Of a DNA stretch of 64,000 nucleotides, positions 1 to 10,289 are shown one piece after another. The DNA is taken from assembly GCF_000143415.4 (NCBI RefSeq), contig NW_003314278.1:2128408-2192407 (forward strand), read 5' to 3'. Each line of letters opens with the position of its first letter. Within the stretch, counting starts at the first letter, position 1. Both the position numbers and the translations under genes were made by a program. Origin of the DNA: Selaginella moellendorffii (Eukaryota; Plantae; Lycopodiophyta). The notes under the pieces were generated by a model. The model was not told the origin of the DNA. It saw only the letters and a list, made by a program, of their open reading frames with translations, and made no database searches.

Positions 1-90
1 TCGCTAGCCTGAGATACATCTGCTCGGCATCTGCCTCTTACAGCATTTGCCCAGAAAGGGCATCTTTCTTCACGCAGCATTTGCCACATG

Positions 91-118
91 TTTAGGGTTT
101 AGGGTTTAGGGTTTAGGG
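91..118 (+). repeat. (TTTAGGG)4 plant telomere-type repeat inside the transposon intergenic region
   Basis: Four exact TTTAGGG units; degenerate equivalent at ~24706-24731 in copy B. Confidence 0.85.
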
Positions 119-1590
119 TTTAGCAATTCAGTAGCTTGATAAACATGCAAATACAGAACTTGATGCAAAATCCTTGGATATGTCACAATGCCCTTAGGAC
201 CATAAACACATTTCAATAGAGAGGGTCCTTTCATTTCATAACTCCTTACGTAGATCTTGGTGAAACCAGAGTTAGTGAAGTTGGTTTCTTGTGATCCCGC
301 ATCTGATTGTGATGTCCCTTTGTAGTGTCGATGGAAAGGTCAATGCACACCAAACTGTAGAATCTTGGAGCAAAATAACGGTCGGATCTATGGCAAATGC
401 CCCTGAAACATTGTAAGGCTCGTGTGGTCTCATGTGGTGTCCGATCGAGATGCTTCTTTGCAGGGTCATCAAGAAGGACATTGTATACCATTCTGTAAAA
501 TCTAGTTGCGATCTAACGGTTGGATCTCCAGGAAACTCAAAACAATCTCGCGCGTGTCAGAATATTCTAGGAATATACTCCTATGTGCTCCTGAAAATGG
601 CATGCGGCCCCACGCCATTCAAGAGATAACGCCAGATGACGCCGAGCATTTTTTGGTGCATTTTTTGGGATCAAAATTGCATGAGCCCACATGCTTGAAC
701 GTCACATCAAATCCTCTGACAATTTATTTAGCTGAACATCTGGCATTTTTGGAAATACAAGATGCTTTGGAATATCCAATCATGCATGGTATAAATATAG
801 CGAGGGTATTAAATGATATCCCAATCATGATCTTTCTTTTGGATTTCGCGTGCATGCAGTCCGAGGAATGATGACGTTGCGGATTTCTTTTGGATTTCAC
901 GCATGCGCGCGCCGATCCAGAAATTAATGGTGGCGCCCAAGTCCGAGAAATGATGACGTGGCGGGATTACCAACCGTCGTGACATTTCGCGCGTGTGAGG
1001 TTAGGTTTTGCATTTTGCTTCGTACTCGCGCTCGCACACTCGCGCTCGCATCGCGCTCCCACTCGCGCTCCCACTTCTCTACAGGTTTCTCGTGTGCATC
1101 GGCGTCCACTCGCGCTCGCATCGCGCTCGTGTGCATCGGCGTCCACTTCAAGACACACCCAGTTTGTAACTTCGCCGCCAACTCCGCCGCCCACTCCGCC
1201 ACCCACACGCAGCCCACTTGGCGTCCCGGGAGATTTCAGCGCCACTCTCCAACTGTAAGTGGCAGAGTAGCCTTGCTGCTACAATCCGCTGCACACACAG
1301 TGCACATTCGCCAGCGAGTCCGGTTGTCACGCCTCCATTCGGCTTCAAATGGTAAGTCTTTTAGGCCAAGTAAAAAATGGCATGAGGCCACATGCCATTC
1401 AGTAGCAACATTGGCATGCACCGATTGGGCTCTCGAGTGCAGTCCGGTTACAGATGGCGTGTAGCCTCACGCCATCTTAGGATGCAGCCTCAAGACATCT
1501 GATGCAGTGGTGAATGGCGTGTGGCCTCACGTTATTTCCAGCTACTAGCTTTTCATCTGTCAGCTCTAATTGTTGTGCATTTCTGAACAG

Positions 1591-2248
1591 GCGAGGAATT
1601 GCGTTCTTCTTCCAGCCACTGTCAATGTGGATGCAGAGAAGGGGGAGGAGCTCACCAGTTGGACTTTCGGGATAGAAGGCGAGGATCTGAGGCTGTACAA
1701 CACAGATGGTGGGAGAAAAGAATGCATGGGGATCCTCATCCAAGTGACAGACACTCCATGCAGTTCCATGCAAGAATATGGACTGGCACTTGTGGTAGAG
1801 ACAGCGTCTGCCTTCAAGATCCACCTTGCACATCCTAGCGGCTTCCCGGAGGGGGGCAGCGGCTATGAGGAATTCCTAGAGGGAGCTAGGGAGAGGTTGT
1901 CCAGGAGGCCCACAATTTCAAAGACGCTGCGGGTCTATGAAGATCACATGGAATCCACGGACCTCACCTACGGCGATGTTCAAAAACTATATTCCAACAT
2001 TGAGCCGTTGAGAGTGACTCCAGTTCGCGAAGCAAAGGGGAAGGGGGTCGATCTGGAAACTACCTCAAAGCAGAAAAGGGTGGTCAAGCTCAAGCCGACG
2101 TCCGACTCTCCTGCTCCAAAAAAGAAGCTACTCAGTGATGCCATTGCCTCGGGTTCGAACACTACACCCACCAAAAAGAAGAGCCGCAAAGAGCAGAAAG
2201 AGCAAGAAGAGGCAGCAAAAATCGTCGCAGATAATAGTACTTGTTACT
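1591..2248 (+). CDS. Partial duplicate of the 5' coding exon of the transposon accessory gene (runs into N gap)
   Basis: Protein identical to that encoded at 4419-5068 (ARNCVLLPAT...DNSTCY), preceded by a ...TTTCTGAACAG acceptor. Confidence 0.7.
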
Positions 2249-2878
2249 NNNNNNNNNNNNNNNNNNNNNNNNNNNNNNNNNNNNNNNNNNNNNNNNNNNN
2301 NNNNNNNNNNNNNNNNNNNNNNNNNNNNNNNNNNNNNNNNNNNNNNNNNNNNNNNNNNNNNNNNNNNNNNNNNNNNNNNNNNNNNNNNNNNNNNNNNNNN
2401 NNNNNNNNNNNNNNNNNNNNNNNNNNNNNNNNNNNNNNNNNNNNNNNNNNNNNNNNNNNNNNNNNNNNNNNNNNNNNNNNNNNNNNNNNNNNNNNNNNNN
2501 NNNNNNNNNNNNNNNNNNNNNNNNNNNNNNNNNNNNNNNNNNNNNNNNNNNNNNNNNNNNNNNNNNNNNNNNNNNNNNNNNNNNNNNNNNNNNNNNNNNN
2601 NNNNNNNNNNNNNNNNNNNNNNNNNNNNNCAAAGGAATATGGCAATAGGCTAGCAGGGGCCAAAGATGGCATGAGGCCTCATGCCATCTTGATATACACA
2701 CAGCTGCAGGCAAGTAAAAACATACATGACAATACGCTAGCCATGAAATTGCAAGGGCCCAAGATGGCATGTGGCCTCATGCCATTTCTAAATGTGGTCC
2801 TAAACCATTCCATGGTGAACATACCAGGAAGCACAAGTGCCGAATATCAAGAGGAAGCGGTAGCCACACCAAAGACAG

Positions 2879-3010
2879 TGCCGCTCGCAACACCGCAACT
2901 ACTCGTAGCGCCGCTCGCAACACCGCAACTGCTCGTAGCGCCGCTCGCACAAACTGCCACTCGCATAAACTGCCGCTCGCAATGGCGCTCGCAATGCCGC
3001 AACCGCTTGT
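2879..3010 (+). repeat. 30-bp tandem repeat (GCCGCTCGCAACACCGCAACTRCTCGTAGC) with degenerate GCTCGCAA units
   Basis: Direct inspection; also present at ~23777-23907. Confidence 0.75.
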
Positions 3011-3805
3011 AGACGCATAAACCACAGCTCACAACGCCGCTTACACAAGCAGCGCTCACTGCGCTCAGCGGAACCAAGAACACGGCGCACAAAAATGATA
3101 GACCTAGGAATGAGTTCGAGAATTCAAAAATAACACACGCTTGAACGTCACATCAAATCCTCTGACAAACCAGATCTTATGATTCCTCTGACAAATTTCA
3201 AACTGAGTAGCTTCTAGACTTTGCTGTCGGAGGTTGAACTTTGTCACATCATGTCCTTGCCTCGATCCAGCTGTGCCATGTCAGTGATTCGAACTTTGCC
3301 ATGCCATGTCAGCGATCCGCGCCAAGATTATTCGCCGTGTAAAGGAATAATTATGCTGTGTGTGTACGTCCATTTATGGCAATATAATGCCACATGCCAT
3401 TCAAGAGATAACGCCAGATGACGCCGAGCATTTTTTGGTGCATTTTTTGGGATCAAAATTGCATGAGCCCACATGCTTGAACGTCACATCAAATCCTCTG
3501 ACAATTTATTTAGCTGAACATCTGGCATTTTTGGAAATACAAGATGCTTTGGAATATCCAATCATGCATGGTATAAATATAGCGAGGGTATTAAATGATA
3601 TCCCAATCATGATCTTTCTTTTGGATTTCGCGTGCATGCAGTCCGAGGAATGATGACGTTGCGGATTTCTTTTGGATTTCACGCATGCGCGCGCCGATCC
3701 AGAAATTAATGGTGGCGCCCAAGTCCGAGAAATGATGACGTGGCGGGATTACCAACCGTCGTGACATTTCGCGCGTGTGAGGTTAGGTTTTGCATTTTTC
3801 TTCGT

Positions 3806-3970
3806 ACTCGCGCTCGCACACTCGCGCTCGCATCGCGCTCCCACTCGCGCTCGCATCGCGCTCCCACTCGCGCTCGCATCGCGCTCCCACTCGCGCTCCC
3901 ACTTCTCTACAGGTTTCTCGTGTGCATCGGCGTCCACTCGCGCTCGCATCGCGCTCGTGTGCATCGGCGT
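3806..3970 (+). repeat. GC-rich ~23-bp tandem repeat (CACTCGCGCTCGCATCGCGCTCC), copy-number variable between element copies
   Basis: Two more units here than at ~1024-1140; diverged version at ~25634-25765. Confidence 0.8.
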
Positions 3971-4418
3971 CCACTTCAAGACACACCCAGTTTGTAACTT
4001 CGCCGCCAACTCCGCCGCCCACTCCGCCACCCACACGCAGCCCACTTGGCGTCCCGGGAGATTTCAGCGCCACTCTCCAACTGTAAGTGGCAGAGTAGCC
4101 TTGCTGCTACGATCCGCTGCACACACAGTGCACATTCGCCAGCGAGTCCGGTTGTCACGCCTCCATTCGGCTTCAAATGGTAAGTCTTTTAGGCCAAGTA
4201 AAAAATGGCATGAGGCCACATGCCATTCAGTAGCAACATTGGCATGCACCGATTGGGCTCTCGAGTGCAGTCCGGTTACAGATGGCGTGTAGCCTCACGC
4301 CATCTTAGGATGCAGCCTCAAGACATCTGATGCAGTGGTGAATGGCGTGTGGCCTCACGTTATTTCCAGCTACTAGCTTTTCATCTGTCAGCTCTAATTG
4401 TTGTGCATTTCTGAACAG

Positions 4419-7400
4419 GCGAGGAATTGCGTTCTTCTTCCAGCCACTGTCAATGTGGATGCAGAGAAGGGGGAGGAGCTCACCAGTTGGACTTTCGGGA
4501 TAGAAGGCGAGGATCTGAGGCTGTACAACACAGATGGTGGGAGAAAAGAATGCATGGGGATCCTCATCCAAGTGACAGACACTCCATGCAGTTCCATGCA
4601 AGAATATGGACTGGCACTTGTGGTAGAGACAGCGTCTGCCTTCAAGATCCACCTTGCACATCCTAGCGGCTTCCCGGAGGGGGGCAGCGGCTATGAGGAA
4701 TTCCTAGAGGGAGCTAGGGAGAGGTTGTCCAGGAGGCCCACAATTTCAAAGACGCTGCGGGTCTATGAAGATCACATGGAATCCACGGACCTCACCTACG
4801 GCGATGTTCAAAAACTATATTCCAACATTGAGCCGTTGAGAGTGACTCCAGTTCGCGAAGCAAAGGGGAAGGGGGTCGATCTGGAAACTACCTCAAAGCA
4901 GAAAAGGGTGGTCAAGCTCAAGCCGACGTCCGACTCTCCTGCTCCAAAAAAGAAGCTACTCAGTGATGCCATTGCCTCAGGTTCGAACACTACACCCACC
5001 AAAAAGAAGAGCCGCAAAGAGCAGAAAGAGCAAGAAGAGGCAGCAAAAATCGTCGCAGATAATAGTACTTGTTACTATTCCAACAATGTATATACAATCG
5101 ACGTGAGCCGTATCGACATCCAAAGCAAATACAACCACAGGCTAGTATCTGATGAGTGGGTGGAGAAACTGAAGCAGAAGATGCTGGCAAGTCCAGTAAC
5201 ACCCGACATCGCAGACGTGATCCCCTACTACNNNNNNNNNNNNNNNNNNNNNNNNNNNNNNNNNNNNNNNNNNNNNNNNNNNNNNNNNNNNNNNNNNNNN
5301 NNNNNNNNNNNNNNNNNNNNNNNNNNNNNNNNNNNNNNNNNNNNNNNNNNNNNNNNNNNNNNNNNNNNNNNNNNNNNNNNNNNNNNNNNNNNNNNNNNNN
5401 NNNNNNNNNNNNNNNNNNNNNNNNNNNNNNNNNNNNNNNNNNNNNNNNNNNNNNNNNNNNNNNNNNNNNNNNNNNNNNNNNNNNNNNNNNNNNNNNNNNN
5501 NNNNNNNNNNNNNNNNNNNNNNNNNNNNNNNNNNNNNNNNNNNNNNNNNNNNNNNNNNNNNNNNNNNNNNNNNNNNNNNNNNNNNNNNNNNNNNNNNNNN
5601 NNNNNNNNNNNNNNNNNNNNNNNNNNNNNNNNNNNNNNNNNNNNNNNNNNNNNNNNNNNNNNNNNNNNNNNNNNNNNNNNNNNNNNNNNNNNNNNNNNNN
5701 NNNNNNNNNNNNNNNNNNNNNNNNNNNNNNNNNNNNNNNNNNNNNNNNNNNNNNNNNNNNNNNNNNNNNNNNNNNNNNNNNNNNNNNNNNNNNNNNNNNN
5801 NNNNNNNNNNNNNNNNNNNNNNNNNNNNNNNNNNNNNNNNNNNNNNNNNNNNNNNNNNNNNNNNNNNNNNNNNNNNNNNNNNNNNNNNNNNNNNNNNNNN
5901 NNNNNNNNNNNNNNNNNNNNNNNNNNNNNNNNNNNNNNNNNNNNNNNNNNNNNNNNNNNNNNNNNNNNNNNNNNNNNNNNNNNNNNNNNNNNNNNNACGA
6001 GGACTTGTGCACGACTCTGAGAGCTCGTGCGCTATTGAAGGATTGGATCTTCGAGCAAGTGGCCGTGGAGAGGGTGAGCATCGACACCACGCAAGAGATG
6101 ATGGAAGCGCTGGAGTTGTCAAATGAAGACATCGACGAGTACGTGAAGGGGGCCCCCAAGTTCATCGATCTGCTGCGGGATGCCACGAAAAGTAAAGCTG
6201 AGAAGTTGGATCAGTATCCAAATTTCATTAAGATTGATGTCGACCGCCGGCTTCAGAAACAGCTCGACCCCGCAGCAGAGGCCTATCGAGAACCTTACCG
6301 GGTATACTTGAATTCGGATGAGGATCAAAGGTGGAGGAGCATCGTTTCCCGCGGAGATGAGCAGGTCAAGAACATCTTTTGTGTGATGGACTTCACAAAC
6401 GAGGAGATCACTCATGCAGACGAAGTCAGCTCCATCATTGACTTAATGGTGGGACTTGCGGAGGTGGAATCTTCAGTCCACTATATGATCTACGACTCCG
6501 AATCCTATCACAAGTTCTGGAAGGCCTTGAACGAGGTGAAGGCTCGGTTGAAAGGCAAGGAGATGCGGGAGATCCATGGGATAATGGCTAAGAAGAAGAT
6601 ACCGACGAATGTCCGCATCTTCACACTCGCCCTTGTTATTGGTCCTGCAGCAGAGTGGGACTGGAGTGACTTCCCAGCTTCGTTCAACAAGGCCAATCGA
6701 ATTGATCTGAGGGAGGTCAATTTACCCGTGCCTGAGGAACTGAAGACGGCTATGGAGCTTTCGAATCCAAAGAAAGCTCCAGGTGCAGCATGGGAAATGC
6801 TCAGCTGGGTCTTCAACGCAATAGCGGGTGGGTCATCTGCTTCCGACTCCAAGGGCAAATGCGTTGTCGAGTACAACTGCGGCGGACTATTCTTTCGAGC
6901 CGCACTACTCAAGGGTGTCCCTTGTGTTGCGGTGACAAACTCCATTGAAGAGATGACTTCAATGGAGCATATAATTACAGTTGCCAAAGAAAAACAGTAT
7001 CTTCTCTGCGAACCTGGTGAGTACACACTTTAAGTTTAAATGTTATCTCACAAGCTCTGTATGCAGGAGCATGGCCACCCCCAGATGCTGAAACGGCGTT
7101 AACAGCTACTTTTGAAGATACCCATGTTGGGCCGAGCTCACAACCTGCACAAGGTAAGGTCACGTGAGGCCTCACGCCATTTTGATTATAGATCGTTGTG
7201 AATATTTAGACACGAGGACTGAAAAGCGCACTGGTGGCGCATCGAAGAAGGACAAACAGAAAAGCAATAGGAAAAAAGGAGGTACAAATTATATTTGCAA
7301 TGGCGTGTGGTCTCATGCCATTCCTTGCAGGAGAAACTTCTTCAAAGGCAAAACAGGCAAGCACCAGCCAAGCTCAAACTGACAGTGGTCATAAAAAGCG

Positions 7401-9840
7401 AAAGCACGTTGGACAGTCGTCGAGATCAGAGGCGTTTGATTCGAAAAGGAAGAAGGGCAACGAAAAGATGATAGGTAATGCCTCGCGGTTATGGCGTGTG
7501 TGCTCATGCCATTCATTGCAGATCAAGGGCTGAGTGAAAGCAGGCAGTCACCACCTCATGACTCAGATTCCTATGGCGGACTCCCCTTCCCCAATCTCAA
7601 TGGAGAGGTACAATGGATGAGGGAAGCTTTTCAAGGCAGGGCCACGTTTTTCTCATCTCGTCGTCTTCGAAGGGTGCAAGAACGTGCAGAAACCATGTTA
7701 AGACAGTCGGGTGAGGATACGGTCCTAGGTCACGCACTAAAACAAGCTATGGATGTCTTGTATTTTGAGATGGAGACTCGGCCAGATGATTTTCCCAAGA
7801 TGGTCCTGGAAGAACAAGCCATCCAGCCTGAGCAGCCTATGGAAGAAATGCAGGAGGGGGATGAGGAGCCAGAGAAAGATAATGAGCAAGAAGAGCAGAA
7901 GGACGAAGAGGAGGACAAAGAAGAGGAGGACAAAGAAGAGCAGGACGAAGAGGACTTGGATGGTCCTCACAATGGTGACGATCACAATAACGACGACGAC
8001 GATGATGACGACGATGGCCAGCCTGAGGTGGCCAAAGAGCGGCGGAGGAAGGTCATACAAGACAAACCATCAGGTAAATAATAATACATCCATTCCTAAC
8101 CTTTTACCATTTCTAACATTGTCCATGTAGGTCGCAGAGCAAATGGTAAGTAGAGATTATTCAGTTGAATTTACAAACTCTAGCCTTTAGTGTCGAGGAA
8201 GGATAGTGCCAAGCAAGGGTCGAAACGTATGTCCAATCCTTCAGAATCAGCAGTGCGCTCAAGTGATATCGGTCCTAGTTCCTCAATAGCAGTTGATGGT
8301 AAATACAGTATAGTCGATTCAATGTGCTAATGAGTTTGTTTTTAGTAGCACGGGAGGATACCATCTCAATCGAAGGGAGATATTTGGACATGCATATGGA
8401 TCCGCCAGTGGACTCTACTTGGCTGCAAGAGTCATCAGAGCTGGTGGAGGCCACTATCCATATCAACGCCAAGCAAGCTGACCACGCTCCACTTGATGCT
8501 GCCCATACCACTGAGTCAATCTTGTCCACGTATCCAACTGACGGTGACCAGGCGCCATTGGACCCACATGAGGCCGCCCCAGCCGCCGAGCCGGTCGTAT
8601 CCTCATTTCCAATGGACTCAACGTGTGCCCAATCGTCTGACTACGCGCCGTTGGAACCTCCCTACACCGCCCCTACTGCTTGTTCGGTCATGTCCACTTT
8701 GCCAACGGAGGCACCAGCTGAAATGGCGTGTGATCACACGCCATCGGAACCACCCCATGCCACTGTTGAGCCAGTTGTACCAGAGTCTACAGCTGAAATG
8801 GCATGTGCCCACACGCCATCGGATGCGATTGACCCCACATTGCAGAGGAGAGTATTTCCGCCCTTCACGTTTCCTCGACCAAAACCCTCTCAACGACCAT
8901 CGGGAGCAACATTCGCTAATATTGTAGATGGTAAAATTGACTTGTACCATTTTTTATGCTGACGCATTTCATTTCAGAGTCACGGCGAAGGTACTGTATC
9001 GTTTTTGATCTGAACGGTGTCCTTTTCTCCCATGAGCGTGGCTCGTCCTCGAATGTCATTGCACCCTCCAAAGCCTGTGGTCGCAAGTTGGTCAAAAGAG
9101 ACAGATTCACATTAATCACACGGGAGAAACTGCGGGATCTAATAATGACCATGCGACACTTAAAACAGAGGGCCGGGTTCAATTTGCAATTGGGAGTTTG
9201 GACATCCATGATGCGCCACAATGCATTAACGTTGCTACAGATGATGCACGATCAGACGCGAGTAATATTACCATTTGACTTTCTCCTAACGCAGGAGGAT
9301 TGCTTGACTATGGTCCATGTGAGGGGTAGCAAGCCCATCTTCGTCAAGCCAGAGGCTGTAGTGATGAACCGGACTGCTAGCTCAAGTGAAATCCTCATCA
9401 TCGATGACTCGCCGATTAAAACTGCAGCGAACACGCACACATATGCAGTGCACCCCATCTCTTGCAGTATGGAAACTAGGGAGAAGAAACCGTATGTTCT
9501 GGGGGACCTTGCAAAACGGCTTGGAGCGATGGTGATAGAGAACCGGCCAGTCCAGGAGGTGGCTGCAGAAATCAACCAAATGGCAGATGGAACGGTATAT
9601 CAGAAGCCATTTGATCGGACAGACACCAGTCATCATTTATGGCATGTATATTGTCTAGCCAAGCACTATCCGCATCTCCATAATCTGCTCAACCGGATGG
9701 GTTCTTCGACCACTGAACATGAGCGTGGACATATTAGAGAAGAGATGGCATTACTATTGGGTTTAAATCCTGATAGTGTGGAGAGTGATGAAATTCCAAG
9801 ATTATTGTATAGGCGTTGGAGGCAAAAAATAACAGTCTGA
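4419..9840 (+). CDS. Transposon accessory protein (spliced, ~1600+ aa): ParB/Srx-like domain + degenerate beta-class N6A/N4C DNA MTase fold + basic/acidic/Pro-rich linkers + FCP1/SCP-like HAD phosphatase domain
   Basis: The ORF pieces join in frame across GT-AG introns at 7017-7066, 7154-7209 (or -7191), 7282-7330, 7475-7521, 8074-8130, 8146-8190, 8299-8345 and 8931-8977; stop at 9838-9840. Motifs: IDVSRI..HRLVSDEWVEKL..FYAVSGQHS (ParB-like; the SGQHS part is read from copy B because A' has a gap there), NPKKAP..GKCVVEYNCGGLFFRAALLKGVPCVAV (MTase motif X/I/II-like), IVFDLNGVL..VWTS..FVKP..LIIDDSP (HAD/FCP1). The 5' exons and start codon are uncertain (possible ATG 4177). Confidence 0.75.
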
Positions 9841-10258
9841 GATGGCATGTATTTATTTAAAAATGTAACTTATTATGGCATGGTGTTCCATGCAATTGTA
9901 TTAATATTAAAAGACAATTCTTTGAGAGGATTTGCATTATACTAGAAGTGTTACAGCATGTTATTGGAAGTCTACGAAGTTGTTTTATTAATAATGGGAA
10001 AGTAAAGATTGAATGGGGACTTGGGCTCCACCTAGACTCGGAGCAACTGAGCCAATATTAAAAGGATGGAAAGAAATTGGACGACGATGACAAGGAGAAG
10101 AGAGAGGTGAAGCAGTGGCAGGGGGAGGAGAAGTGATTGAGTAGACATTTCCTTGTTTAAAATAAAATGGCATGTGCCTCAATGCAGTTGAATTTTGTTA
10201 TATTTATATACTATATAAAGGTTTGGAAACCTTATTTTACAAGTGGGATAATGACAAT

Positions 10259-10282
10259 TCCCACTTTAACGAAATAGAGCTT
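10259..10282 (+). repeat. Right terminal inverted repeat of transposon copy A'
   Basis: TCCCACTTTAACGAAATAGAGCTT, identical to 39506-39529. Confidence 0.9.
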
Positions 10283-10289
10283 TTAAGTA

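Larger units (their letters stand above)
1..10282. mobile_element. Partial copy/copies (A and A') of the large TIR DNA transposon; right terminus at 10282, left part outside the window; internally duplicated and gapped
   Basis: Co-linear and highly similar to ~23560-39529 (excluding the LTR insert). Similarity stops exactly at ...CCCACTTTAACGAAATAGAGCTT (10282), the right TIR. Confidence 0.9.

Noticed and set aside
91-118. Chromosome end / true telomere
   Set aside because: Only four units, internal to the transposon, with a degenerate equivalent in copy B.
506-1464. 121-aa and 168-aa ORFs repeated in each element copy
   Set aside because: No recognisable domains and non-ATG starts; conservation is explained by recent duplication of the repeat-rich control region.
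2135-6186. Long ORFs full of X (also 59535-60165)
   Set aside because: They read through assembly N gaps.
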